Positions 43,016 through 53,962 are shown, numbered from the stretch's first letter. The stretch is 64,000 bases of DNA from a virus (IMGVR_UViG_3300031555_002904), one strand, 5' to 3'. The notes: generated by a model not told the origin, from the sequence alone. Program-made: numbers and translations.

Positions 43016-43825
43016 ATGCGTTACTGTGTATCTGGTAGACAACCTTATTCAGTTCTCAAACGAGCTGATGAAATCAAGGTTGCATATGCCGATCGGGACC
43101 GCATTCTCGACTTTGTTGAGAAGTTACCCGATAAAGTAATTATTTTGGAATTGCCAGGAGATGCTGAATATGAGTGGTCTACCTGGGAAATGTATAGTGA
43201 GAAGTTTAGTGAATTTTACATCGCTTCTCACAGACTTGACCGCTTCAAGGATTTCCAAGAGCACAATATCAAATGGTATTGGCCTTATCCCATTACCTCA
43301 TTCTATGAATTAGGTATGATTATGGATTTGGATCCTTCATATGTGATGGTTGGTCCACCTTTGAGCTTTGATTTAGATCAGGTGTTTAATAATACCTATT
43401 ATGACGGTAGTACCGATCAGTGTCCTGTGCGTATGGTAGTCAATAATGCAAAGCCTTCATATTTGGCCGCCCAGGGAGTAGGCACTGGATTACGCGGTCA
43501 ATGGGTGCGTCCAGAAGATGCAAAGTTGTATTCTACCCGCGTACAATGTTTTGAATTTGAAAATGTAGATTTGAAGCAAGAAGAAGTATTGCTTCATGTT
43601 TACAAGGAAAATCAAACATGGCCTGGCAACCTGAACTTATTGATTCAAAACCTGAATTTCAATGTAGACAACAGAGCAATTCCAGAAGAGCTGGGAGAAG
43701 CTCGAATGGATTGCGGCCAGCGGTGCTGGTCTACCTCAGGGTGCCGTTTGTGCGAGAGCGCCTTCCGCTTCGCCGACAATGTGCGTAAAGAGAAGCTTCG
43801 CCGCAACCAAGAAGATAAAGATTGA
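43016..43825 (+). CDS. Hypothetical protein with C-terminal Cys cluster
   Basis: CGQRC....CRLC; promoter and RBS. Confidence 0.7.
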   Translation: MRYCVSGRQPYSVLKRADEIKVAYADRDRILDFVEKLPDKVIILELPGDAEYEWSTWEMYSEKFSEFYIASHRLDRFKDFQEHNIKWYWPYPITSFYELGMIMDLDPSYVMVGPPLSFDLDQVFNNTYYDGSTDQCPVRMVVNNAKPSYLAAQGVGTGLRGQWVRPEDAKLYSTRVQCFEFENVDLKQEEVLLHVYKENQTWPGNLNLLIQNLNFNVDNRAIPEELGEARMDCGQRCWSTSGCRLCESAFRFADNVRKEKLRRNQEDKD

Positions 43826-43880
43826 TTTTTATAAAAAAAAATGGTATAATATAATATAAGAAATAAAAGGAGGAAACTTT

Positions 43881-44864
43881 GTGCGAGTCTTGAGTGAAAA
43901 AGATTATAGACTATTTGAACGATTAGTATCTCTGACTGAGAAAGAAATGGTTCGAGCGATGTCTCAATATCTCAAAGATAAGTATGACAAGAATGTAATT
44001 ATCACAAAGGATTACATTATTGCTATTGGAGATATTCCCATTGCCTTGGTCGCTCATATGGATACTGTATTCAAAACTCCTGTATCTGATTTATATTATG
44101 ACCAGCGTAAAGGTGTATTGTGGAGTCCGGAGGGTCTTGGTGCCGATGACCGGGCTGGCATTTTCGCCATTATTAAAATATTGCAGGAGGGCTTGCGGCC
44201 GTCCATTATCCTCACCACAGGTGAAGAAGATGGCGGCGTAGGCGCTTGCGCTATCTGTGATAAATATCCCGATTGTCCGATTCCAGGACTTAAATATATG
44301 ATTCAGTTAGATCGTCGAGGCACAAATGATTGTGTGTTCTATGATTGTTATTGCCCCGAATTTGTGGATTATGTTGAGAGTTTTGGGTTCTGTGAACGAT
44401 GGGGTTCTTTTACCGACATTAGTTTCTTGATGCCGGAATGGCAGATCGTCGGTGTGAATCTGTCTGTTGGCTATGAAGACGAACATAGTCATACTGAAAT
44501 TTTGAATGTCAATCCGCTTTTTGATACTATCCGTAAAGTCAAAAAGATGTTATCTGAGAAAGATATTCCAGATTTTGTATATGACGAAGTGGTTGCTTCT
44601 ACCTCTGCTTGGTGGAGACAGAGTATCTTCGGTCAGCATTGCAGCAAATGCAAGAAACTTCATTCTGAATATGAACTATTCCCCGTGATGGGAATTGATG
44701 GAAAAGTAAAATACTACTGCCCCGATTGCATTGTTGGCAACGTGGAGTGGTGCGAAGAGTGCGGCGAGGCCTTCGAAATCGCTTCTCCGACTACTACGAA
44801 ATTATGCAAGGAGTGCGAAAAAGAAGTATGTATGAAGACATCAAATCCCAATTCCGAGAAGTAA
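43881..44864 (+). CDS. M28/M20-family Zn peptidase-like protein with Zn ribbons
   Basis: AHMDTV, LGADDRAG, GEEDG, QLDRRG, FTDIS, EHSHTE. Confidence 0.8.
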   Translation: MRVLSEKDYRLFERLVSLTEKEMVRAMSQYLKDKYDKNVIITKDYIIAIGDIPIALVAHMDTVFKTPVSDLYYDQRKGVLWSPEGLGADDRAGIFAIIKILQEGLRPSIILTTGEEDGGVGACAICDKYPDCPIPGLKYMIQLDRRGTNDCVFYDCYCPEFVDYVESFGFCERWGSFTDISFLMPEWQIVGVNLSVGYEDEHSHTEILNVNPLFDTIRKVKKMLSEKDIPDFVYDEVVASTSAWWRQSIFGQHCSKCKKLHSEYELFPVMGIDGKVKYYCPDCIVGNVEWCEECGEAFEIASPTTTKLCKECEKEVCMKTSNPNSEK

Positions 44865-46222
44865 TCGCTTATTCTCAGTGTATTTCCAGTCCTTAGATTG
44901 ATGATTTATTTACTCTTTGGGAATCGTCTAAGGCAAAGTTTATTGAGCGATTTGGCGGTTTGATTTATGAATGGCCCAATCCTATTGAGTTCCATTTGGA
45001 CTCTCAAACGAAAAAATATCGCATTATGGAGTTTGCGAATCAGGTAAATGATACATATCATAATCCCGATTTGGCGCACTTTATTGATGAAAATTTAGAC
45101 TCATTTTTTGATAATCGAGTTTCTAATACTACTGGTAGACAGATTCCAGAAGGTATGAAGCTCATCAAGGCTTTCAAGTTTTTTGAGGATGATAAGAAAG
45201 TATTGCGTAATCTGCAAGATATGGCAAGTATTCTTATCCAAGAGAATAAGGTTGTTGGTACTTTGTGTTTCTCCGTTCATCCGCTCGATTTTCTGAGTAG
45301 TAGTGAGAATACATATAACTGGCGCAGTTGTCACGCTCTCGATGGAGAATATCGAGCTGGCAATTTAAGCTATATGGTTGATACTACCACATTTATGGTA
45401 TATCTCAAAGGCGCAGATGATGTTATTCTTGCGGGCTTCGGTCCAGAAGTGAAATGGAACTCGAAGAAATGGCGTATGTTGATTCATACTGCTGAAGATG
45501 ATAAGATTATGTTTGCGGGACGCCAGTATCCATTCTCTTCATTTGATGGTATTACGCAAGTCCTCAATATTTATAATAATCTAATGCAACAGCCTTCCGA
45601 TAATCCTTTTGGAGGATATAGTCGATTTAGGTATAATAATTGGCGAGCTGATTATGTCAATGGTTATGTGCCTTATGATGCTGCATATGATACAGAACCT
45701 GTACCTCTTGATGATAAGTATATCGTTTTCAATAATCAATTAGTCGGATTGCATGATGTAGTGAAACAGGGTCCAGGAGCAATGAATTACAATGATATTC
45801 TTTGTTCCACTTGTTACGAATTTCCATACTATGCTGTTTATGATACTTGGTGCTATGAAAGTCCCGAACGACTGAGACATAATCCAATTGTTGTAGGCGG
45901 TGAAATCACTTGTTTGCACTGCGGCCAGGCTGTCGTTCGGAATCCTGAAACAATGCGCTGCGATGATTGTGAAATGGAATATGGGTATGAAGAAAATGAT
46001 GTATACGGCTCATGCTCTTGTTGCGGTCGACGCATCTATTTAGACGATGCTCCATATGTCGGTCGATATGATGAACCCGTATGTGACAGCTGTTTCCAAG
46101 AAAGATGTTTTGTCTGTGATAGTTGCGGCAGTGCATATTTCAAAGAAGATGCAAATTATATAACATATGAAGATGGGGATGATGCAATGGTGTGTCCTCA
46201 TTGTTACGAACAATATAAGTGA
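44828..46222 (+). CDS. Large Zn-ribbon-containing protein (464 aa, TAG=Gln at 44894; paralog of 40534)
   Basis: FSVHPLDFLSSSEN..NWRSC...GEYRAG; N-terminus recovered by read-through. Confidence 0.75.
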
Positions 46223-46239
46223 TAAAGGAGAAAAATGAA

Positions 46240-46554
46240 ATGGCAAAGGGTGCTAATGCAAAGATCGAAGTCCAGAAGCGAATTGCACAGGCTTTTGGAG
46301 ATAATTATATCGGTGAATACGATAAGAAAATTTATGTATGGGCTAATGATGGTGGTGAAACCGTTCAGATCGCCATTTCTTTGACCTGCCCTAAAGTCCC
46401 CGTTGAAGTAAGTGCGGCCCCCGTGACCGGCGACTTCAATTTTGAAGATGATACACCCAATGTGGTGGTTGCGGCTGGTGCTTATCAGCCTGCAGAGATT
46501 TCACCTGAAGAGCGCGCGAGAGTCAATGATCTGATGAAGATGCTTGACCTATAA
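46240..46554 (+). CDS. Hypothetical protein
   Basis: AAGGAG RBS. Confidence 0.75.
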   Translation: MAKGANAKIEVQKRIAQAFGDNYIGEYDKKIYVWANDGGETVQIAISLTCPKVPVEVSAAPVTGDFNFEDDTPNVVVAAGAYQPAEISPEERARVNDLMKMLDL

Positions 46555-46685
46555 GATCGGCTGGGCGAATCTATTCAATATGGGGAATGTAATTTTTAGA
46601 ATAATTACATTCCCCATTTTTTACGCATTTGATTTTTATAAAAAAATATGATATAATATATATGTAAAGAATGAAAGATAAATAT

Positions 46686-46760
46686 AGGGGAGTCGTCTAA
46701 CGGCTAGGACTACAGTCTCCAAAACTGTGTATTGGGGTTCGAATCCCTACTCCCCTGCCA
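46686..46760 (+). tRNA. tRNA-Trp(CCA)
   Basis: Cloverleaf, CCA end. Confidence 0.9.
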
Positions 46761-46761
46761 C

Positions 46762-46880
46762 CGGTAGTTAGTTTAAGGTAAAACCACCTCCGTGGATCGA
46801 GGAGGAAGTAATTGAACGAGTAGTCCTTTGTAGGGTGAAACACTCAATGAAAGATGTCGTTCGGAGCGACACTATCGCCA
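46762..46880 (+). ncRNA. Expanded tRNA-like RNA
   Basis: Acceptor CGGTAGT/ACTATCG plus CCA, D and T arms, enlarged middle region. Confidence 0.5.
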
Positions 46881-46948
46881 TTAAAAAGTCTTTCTTGATT
46901 TTTATAAAAAAATATGTTATAATATTTATGTAAGATAAAGGAAAGGAA

Positions 46949-47344
46949 ATGATAGCGATGGAAAAACGATATTACTTCGATAAACCAAAGCAAGTTGTTT
47001 TTGCCGACCCGGAAAATCCGGGAGATTGGCTGTGTGGTATCGCATACCGTGATGAGGTAATTTGCTCCTGTTGTGGTGGCGTATTCGAGATCGATGAAGT
47101 GGTGAAGACCGCTGCGGAAGACGGCGTCGTCAATCCTTTTTATCTGTATGAGGATTGGAGCGATCTGACCGATGATATTTGCGGCGGCGTGCTTCCGGAA
47201 GGATTACAGTTCAGCGACAGCGAAGAGAATCCTGGGATCGTGGAGACCGTAAAAGTCGTTGGTTACGAGCAGATGATGTTCGAAGACGAGATTGATAAGG
47301 TCGGCGCATTTTTGACTGAGGCTTCTGAAAATCCTGCTGAATAA
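46949..47344 (+). CDS. Hypothetical protein
   Basis: Promoter and RBS; GIAY..VICSCCG. Confidence 0.75.
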   Translation: MIAMEKRYYFDKPKQVVFADPENPGDWLCGIAYRDEVICSCCGGVFEIDEVVKTAAEDGVVNPFYLYEDWSDLTDDICGGVLPEGLQFSDSEENPGIVETVKVVGYEQMMFEDEIDKVGAFLTEASENPAE

Positions 47345-47456
47345 AAAAATCTTTCTTGATTTTTCAAAAAAAATATGTTATAATATATATGTAAGGTAAA
47401 GAAAGTGATATGCACGGATTGCTTTCTTTCTCCATACAACCTTTTCCATTGTAAAA

Positions 47457-47633
47457 AAGACGGTAACAGCAATTATGACGAGCTTGTGGTGCCGCAGGTC
47501 GTTGGTTCGAGTCCAACCGTCCCTCCCATCACCTGGCAAGGTGGCGTAGGTGAACTACTAAGGGGACCTTCGGGTCCCTGATATGAGGGGCGTAGCTCAG
47601 CTGGATAGAGCAGCGTATGTCAAATTCCGTCTT
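47457..47633 (+). tRNA. Circularly permuted tRNA-His(GTG) within an ACAGCAA element
   Basis: 3' half 47482-47528 precedes 5' half 47585-47615; joining gives a 78-nt tRNA with G-1:C73. Confidence 0.7.
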
Positions 47634-48015
47634 GGCAAAATAAAAATCAAGGGCAAAAGTGCTTATTTGATTTTTATAAAAAAATATGATATAATATATA
47701 TGTAAGGTAAAGGAAATGTGAAAACTCTCCTCAAGAGAAATGACTCGACATTCTGCTAATGCCTCGAGGGTGAAGTACTTGAGAATAAGATCCATTTCTG
47801 AGAAGCTCTCATCAAGTTGACGCAGGTAGCAGCTGGTCCGGGACTTCGATCATCTTCTCACCTTACATATGTGTTATATCAACACAGAAAGGTAGAATCT
47901 CGTATACCTTGGGTGGGACCAAAAGTACGACGGCAGATGCAAGCGAGAAGTATCCGGGTCTAGCCATGGACTCATGTAACCGGGGAATACCCATCCCAAA
48001 ATGGCAACTAAATAT

Positions 48016-48091
48016 TGCCCTGTAGCTCAGTCGGTAGAGCGCCAGACTGTTAATCTGGATGTCGTGGGTTCGAGCCCCACCGGGGCAGCCA
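48016..48091 (+). tRNA. tRNA-Asn(GTT)
   Basis: Cloverleaf, CCA. Confidence 0.92.
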
Positions 48092-48359
48092 AGGTCGAGT
48101 TTGTTGGAGTGACGAGAGACCTTAAACTAAACCAACCTCCAGAGGTTCCAGTTATGTAGCTTCTCTGTATAATATAAGCCATAACTATTGGAAAAGCAAA
48201 AATTCCAGCAATCAACAAATGTGCGGTTAGCTGACCCAAAGCTAAACACTACTCCTTTCATTCGCATGGAGTAGATGGTGGGTTATCATCTGAGAAAAAT
48301 CCCTTAAAAGCCACTGTGGTAGATGTGGGCCTGTGGCTGCCATAATCACAGTTCCATCT

Positions 48360-48442
48360 CCGGGTATGGTGGAATTGGTAGACACGTCGGATTTAGGTTC
48401 CGATGCTCCGCGTGATGGGTTCGAGTCCCTCTACCCGGACCA
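48360..48442 (+). tRNA. tRNA-Leu(TAG)
   Basis: Class II cloverleaf, CCA. Confidence 0.9.
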
Positions 48443-48656
48443 CAGGTTTGTAGGTTTTTCCTGTGCGAAGAAAAAAATCACTAAACAGCTCTACGGGCAT
48501 ATAGCACGAGCTTGAGTCAAAAAAATATGATGTATGCGGGTGGTTGGCAACTCCATCAGTACATAAATAAGTTGCATTTCCATATGGCTGTCCGGGTGGC
48601 AGGGGCAATGGCGCCCCGTAAGAAACAGGAGTTCAACTCTCCAGACGGTCGTCTAT

Positions 48657-48734
48657 GGGGTCATAGCTCCAACTGGAGAGAGCGACTGCCTTGCAAGCAG
48701 TAGGTTGTGGGTTCGAGTCCCACTGGCTCCACCA
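48657..48734 (+). tRNA. tRNA-Ala(TGC)
   Basis: G3:U70, CCA. Confidence 0.9.
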
Positions 48735-48737
48735 TAT

Positions 48738-48811
48738 GCTGATGTAGCTCAGTCGGGAGAGCGGTCCCTGTAGGAGGGGACAGGCCGGCGGTTCGAGTCC
48801 GTCCATTGGCT
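48738..48811 (+). pseudogene. Atypical tRNA with 8-nt anticodon loop, no CCA
   Basis: D and T arms intact; loop TGTAGGAG. Confidence 0.55.
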
Positions 48812-49275
48812 TATTACTAAAAGATCCGGTAGTTCAACAAGGCAAGAACGCTCGCAGTAATAGGAGTGATGCAGGTTCGATTCCTGTCCGGAAAAAGTCC
48901 TCGTACTCTAGGGGTTTCGAGAATCGGGGCCAGAGCCATACTAATAAGTGGCCTGTTACATACAAAGAAGCCCACTAAATAGGTCTTTTTGTGAGATGGT
49001 TTTTCCCTTACTGACTCCCGAGGTTTGACCGATAACTACAATCTCAAGACGAGAAAGGGAAGTTTGCTGGTAAAGCTAGAAAAACCAGACGATTGGAGAC
49101 TAGTCGGATTGAGTTGACGGCCTTGTGTGGGGCGCTAAGAATGCACGGGTGTATGATGGTGACAACGACCAGCCGTAAGTGAGAGTTGTTCGGTGAAGCT
49201 GCCGGAGAGGGAGTGCACGCCCTCGAAATGCGTTTTAGATCGAGGTTTCGCGGAGCCTCTAAAAAACCGCCATAT

Positions 49276-49362
49276 GGGGATATGGTGGAATCGGTAGACG
49301 CGCTAGACTCAAAATCTGGTGACCGAGAGGTCGTGTGGGTTCGAGTCCCACTATCCCCACCA
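49276..49362 (+). tRNA. tRNA-Leu(CAA)
   Basis: Cloverleaf, CCA. Confidence 0.92.
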
Positions 49363-49493
49363 AAAGGTAACTAAGGAAATTGAAAACGCAATCGTAAGTG
49401 CGTGAGTCCTAAGAGCGAGACACCGAAAGTAGGGCTTTATGCCGCGGCACACTGACACGACCAGTCCCTAGCCGATTAGTTACTTTTATATTT

Positions 49494-49580
49494 GCCTTTG
49501 TGATGGAATTGGTAGACATCCCAGACTAAGAATCTGGTATCCGCAAGGGTGTGCGAGTTCGAGTCTCGCCAGAGGCACCA
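49494..49580 (+). tRNA. tRNA-Leu(AAG)
   Basis: CCAGA-CTAAGAA-TCTGG, long variable arm, CCA. Confidence 0.88.
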
Positions 49581-49711
49581 TAAGAGGAATCCGAAAAATA
49601 AAGAATGTGGAGCGACAGTAGGCGACCTGTGAGTGTAGCTACCAATACCAGGCAACGCGCGTACGGCAGCAGGCAGATGCGGATTAGTTGCAACCCTCTT
49701 TTTTCACTCGC

Positions 49712-49781
49712 ACCAAGAGAGACGGAGGTTCAAATCCTTCCTTCGGCCGAGTAGTTTAGGCAGGTCCAGAACGCTCTTGGT
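49712..49781 (+). ncRNA. Permuted tRNA-like RNA (T arm before D arm)
   Basis: ACCAAGAG/CTCTTGGT stem enclosing T arm, closed acceptor hairpin and D arm. Confidence 0.55.
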
Positions 49782-49787
49782 TCATAT

Positions 49788-49874
49788 GCCCTTGTGATGG
49801 AACTGGTAGACTTCTTAGACTCAGAATCTAAGGTCCGAAAGGGCGTGCGGGTTCAAGTCCCGCCGAGGGCACCA
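49788..49874 (+). tRNA. tRNA-Leu(CAG)
   Basis: Cloverleaf, CCA. Confidence 0.9.
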
Positions 49875-50391
49875 TAGTATAATATCCGGTAGCTAACTCC
49901 TGGCTGGCCTATAAAAAACTGAGAGCTCGTAAAAAATGCATGAGGGTTCGGGAACGGTATTATACTAACCACCGTGGTATGCACGGCAAAAACCGAGGTA
50001 TAAGAGTGATATAAAGTGTGTGAGTAAAGCGGAAAGGCTCAATCACCGCCTAGCTGAGGGGCACACGCAGAGTTTGGTCCGGTTCTCTGATTTTTTATCA
50101 AAACAAGATGGCAGGAAAGTAGAGTCCTGGATATGCGGAGTTCGGTACGCCCCTACTCGCGACATATAAACCTGTGAAGCGCAAGCAGGACTTGTTGAGG
50201 TATGTGTGATTTATCACAGAGTGTGTGGCGAAAAATAAAACTAAACGCGCTCCGGACAACGGGGTGCCGGGCCTGGACGCTTGGCTTGCGGGGGAGGATC
50301 CCGTCGCACTCACCAATATAGTTGTGGGCGTATAAGACTCAAAACCCTCATCCTCCAATAATACTGCGCAGACTATTGGAGGGCAATATTT

Positions 50392-50470
50392 GGGCTGTGG
50401 GACTGCTTGGGGTGGTCACCTGTCTGGCAGACAGGACGGCAGATCGGTTCAAATCCGATACGGTCCACCA
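50392..50470 (+). tRNA. tRNA-Ala(GGC)
   Basis: G3:U70, CCA. Confidence 0.8.
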
Positions 50471-50529
50471 GGTCTATTTAGACCTCCTTTTCCAAACCAT
50501 TTAGACATCGACCGCAAGAAATTGTGATT

Positions 50530-50640
50530 CGCAGACTAGCTTAACTGGATATAGACCCGAGATCGCTTTACCGGTCAACAAAGGGTGAGAGCATCTCCCT
50601 TCAAAGGAGAAGATTGGGGTTCGAGTCCCCAGTCCGTGCC
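50530..50640 (+). tRNA. tRNA-like gene with TCA anticodon and ~36-nt D-loop insertion
   Basis: TCTCC-CTTCAAA-GGAGA arm, T arm, imperfect acceptor. Confidence 0.5.
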
Positions 50641-50738
50641 GTAGCAAAAATGGTGTCTAGTAAAAAAAATCTTCCTTGATTTTTATAAAAAAATATGTTA
50701 TAATATATATGTAAGATAAAGGAAGAGAGGTAATCAAA

Positions 50739-50846
50739 ATGAAAAAGATTGATGATTTCGATACTCAAATCCAATCCGATGAATTGGCAGAGATTATCAA
50801 CTACAATGACCAGTTTGAAGATCCTCGCTACCAAGACGAAGAGTAA
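50739..50846 (+). CDS. 35-aa acidic peptide
   Basis: Promoter and GAGG RBS; MKKIDDFDTQIQSDE... Confidence 0.55.
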   Translation: MKKIDDFDTQIQSDELAEIINYNDQFEDPRYQDEE

Positions 50847-50849
50847 TTT

Positions 50850-50926
50850 GGCCCCATCGTCTAATAGGTCAGTGACAACAGCCTTTCACGCTGTAAATGG
50901 GAGTTCGAGCCTCCCTGGGGTCACCA
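50850..50926 (+). tRNA. tRNA-Glu(TTC)
   Basis: Cloverleaf, CCA. Confidence 0.9.
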
Positions 50927-51551
50927 TTGAGGTTGCGGTTAGCCTGACTAACAACAGACCGGCAGGAGCGATTACCTGCACAATGAGTCGTGGGTTTCAG
51001 TGCATGGTCCTTATTATGCGCCGGGTGCGAAAACAATTATAAAGCAGACCCGTTAGAGCGATAATCGCGAGTATCGCCTGCATTCCCATCTGGGCTGGCT
51101 CCGCAACTGGAAAGAGGAGATTGACTATGAGATCGCTACTCATAGGACGGGTCCACCAAGGAGGATCGGGGATATTCCCCGTAGCTGGTTGTGTCAGCTG
51201 AAATCACAACTACCGGCAGGTTAAGGTAGAATCCTGCAGATATGGGACATCGTAAAAAGCTGGGTCCTCGTTCCCTTGTCCCGGACTTTGGGTAGCCAAC
51301 TGCCCTTTGACAAAAAGGCTTTAGATAGTAAAGTGGATAAGTTGGAATAGTCCATATTTCTTCTCCCCTCAAGCAAGAGGGCTACGTGGGTAGATACAAC
51401 AGTACCTAAGCGCAGAATTCCGGCTATAATGAAGTAGGAAGCCGTAGAAGATGAAGAAGCTGTCGAAAAACATTTTTATAGAGGGAATCGTGGGTTGAAA
51501 TCCCACCGGAGTCGCGCTCCGAGGACAGAAGACAAAGTCGCCCTCCTTTAT

Positions 51552-51627
51552 GGCCCCGTCGTCTAGCGGTCTAGGACGCGAGCCTCTCAAGCTCGAAACC
51601 GGAGTTCGATTCTCCGTGGGGTCACCA
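51552..51627 (+). tRNA. tRNA-Glu(CTC)
   Basis: Cloverleaf, CCA. Confidence 0.9.
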
Positions 51628-51905
51628 GCAGCCCTCTTGGGCGGCATTGATAAAAGCGTTAACATGGATTTGTAAGTTAAACTACCACCGGCAAAACAAT
51701 GTGCGTCATAGACAAACAGCGTTAGATATGTGGCTTAGTGGAAAACGCTATATAAAGAAGCAAAGTAAACTTACACTAAAAAGATACTGAAACGGGTCAG
51801 GTCCAATCGCCCGGCTAAGTAGGTGAGGTAAGTGAGGTTGGGTTTCCTACGCCTTTAAAGTGGTTCTGAAAAATGTATCCGCTTAGCCTTTAGTATCTTA
51901 CATAT

Positions 51906-51981
51906 AGCTTCGTGGAGCAGCGGAGTGCTCGCCAGTTTGTCACACTGGAGATCGCGGGTTCGATCCCCGTCGAAGCTGCCA
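51906..51981 (+). tRNA. tRNA-Asp(GTC)
   Basis: Cloverleaf, CCA. Confidence 0.88.
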
Positions 51982-52049
51982 ATACCTCCGTGGTATATAA
52001 CCCATACTGGGGCTTGGTGAGAGCCTTGCACCAATCTCACCACTTATAT

Positions 52050-52126
<77 letters not shown>

Positions 52127-52296
52127 TAAAGGTATGTTCCCGATACCTCGTAGCGGAAAAATCGGGCGTGGAAGAGGAGACGAAAGAATCGCTTTGTTTG
52201 GCAACGGTTTTTTGGTTATAAACTGTTGTAGGTACTCAATGTGTGCCTTAGCCGACGTACCGTGCTTACAAGGGCAGCTACCCAACATTTTCATAT

Positions 52297-52373
52297 CCCT
52301 ATGTAGCTCAGTTGGTCAGAGCGGCCGGTTCATACCCGGCAGGTCAGTGGTTCGAGCCCACTCAGAGGGACCA
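52297..52373 (+). tRNA. tRNA-Met/Ile2(CAT)
   Basis: Cloverleaf, CCA. Confidence 0.85.
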
Positions 52374-52637
52374 GAATAATTACAATGAGATACCGTGGGT
52401 TCTATGTTCTGTGGTGGGGCATAGACTAAGAGCGATGAGGCAGTAGAGAGCTGAAGTGGATCGCGACAATCTCTATACACACTTCTTCCAAAAGGCTGAC
52501 CACCGAGTAGGTATTTTTCCAATCAGCTGTAACGGAAAAATATTTGTAATTATTTACCAACCGCTGATTGCGGTTTTCATTTCCTTTCATGTGCGGTCGT
52601 GGGGGCTCCGACCGGAAAAATATTCCCCCTTGTATAT

Positions 52638-52714
52638 TGCAGAGTAGAGAAGAGGCCGATCTCGCTAGCCTCATAAGCTGGAGAACGGTGGTTCGAATCC
52701 ACCCTCTGCATCCA
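52638..52714 (+). tRNA. tRNA-Met(CAT)
   Basis: Cloverleaf, CCA. Confidence 0.85.
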
Positions 52715-52715
52715 T

Positions 52716-52792
52716 TGCGGGGTAGACAAGTGGCTAAGTCGCCAGCCTCATAAGCTGGAAATCGTGGGTTCGAGTCCCACCCACCGCAACCA
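52716..52792 (+). tRNA. tRNA-Met(CAT)
   Basis: Cloverleaf, CCA. Confidence 0.85.
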
Positions 52793-52830
52793 GGGTTGTG
52801 CATAGGCAACTCTCCTTTAGGTGATATATT

Positions 52831-52945
52831 TAGGCGCACACAGCAATTTTTCTTTTAGAAAAAATTTAGCTCATTTGGTAGAGCAATTGTCTGTTAAACA
52901 ATGTGTAGTGGGTTCAATTCCCTCAATCTTTTCTTTATGCGCCTA
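52831..52945 (+). ncRNA. ACAGCAA element enclosing degenerate tRNA-Asn(GTT) arms
   Basis: TAGGCGCA/TGCGCCTA stem, CACAGCAA, D/anticodon/T arms inside. Confidence 0.65.
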
Positions 52946-52951
52946 GTTTAT

Positions 52952-53027
52952 GCCCCGGTAGCTCAGTTGGTAGAGCGTAGGATTGAAGCTCCTAGCGTCG
53001 GCGGTTCGAACCCGTCCTGGGGCACCA
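52952..53027 (+). tRNA. tRNA-Phe(GAA)
   Basis: Cloverleaf, CCA. Confidence 0.92.
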
Positions 53028-53332
53028 TCAGTTGGATAGGAAACTGTTACAAAAACCCTATCACTTGGATTGGTAAACCTAATTTACCGAAAGACCCACA
53101 CCAGAGGATCCATACCACCCTTCATTTTGGTTTTCTGCCTTTGTTGTTTGTTTTCATATTGTTATGCCTCCTCATAATGTATAAAGCAGGTATGGCTGTG
53201 GGAAATGTACTCTTTCTATATATTCCGAAATATATAGAAACAAAAACTACCTTCGCGGGAGAGAGTTTTTACATCTAGGCTCGGTCGAGTTTGTTTTTTA
53301 CTCTCCCGCTTCTTGTTTATTGAATATTATTC

Positions 53333-53420
53333 GGAGCGGTGGGGTAATGGTATCCCAGAGGATTGCTAATCCTCCCTACCTGCGAGGGTAGTCTGGGTTC
53401 GAGTCCCGGTCGCTCCGCCA
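53333..53420 (+). tRNA. tRNA-Ser(GCT)
   Basis: Class II, G73, CCA. Confidence 0.88.
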
Positions 53421-53590
53421 AAATAAACGAAGTACAAGTTTATCAGTGATGTATCGTATAAGATGAGGAATACACCGAAAAAGAGGTCATATGCTTGAGT
53501 AGGAAATCTAGGACGCCTAAGAAGCCAACCTGGTACATTGCGTATAAGACATTTTGGAGACCACATAGGCCAAAGTCTCCGATCTTATAT

Positions 53591-53678
53591 GGAGGGGTAA
53601 GCATAATTGGCACTGCTCCGGTCTAGAAAACCGGTCACGGGCAACCGTGTGTGGGTTCGAGTCCCACCCCCTCCGCCA
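53591..53678 (+). tRNA. tRNA-Ser(AGA)
   Basis: CCGGT-CTAGAAA-ACCGG, class II, CCA. Confidence 0.88.
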
Positions 53679-53885
53679 GTATGCGGCCGATCACCGCTCG
53701 GTTTTTGGTAACTCCGTAGGCTTTGGTATGATGCGTTCGCCAAGGCATTGAAACCATCAATGGGGTTCGAAGGTTTTCCCCATAAGGGCAGAGTAACGAA
53801 CTGTTCCTAAAAGTCGAACACTCGTAACACTTGAGCAGTCGTTACCTCAATGCGGTTATTAGTTAGTAAACAAACCCTCTCCAAT

Positions 53886-53962
53886 GGCCCGATAGCTCAG
53901 TTGGTCAGAGCAGCTGATTAGTAATCAGCAGGTCGTCGGTTCGAATCCGACTCGGGCCTCCA
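53886..53962 (+). tRNA. tRNA-Thr(AGT)
   Basis: GCTGA-TTAGTAA-TCAGC, CCA. Confidence 0.9.
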
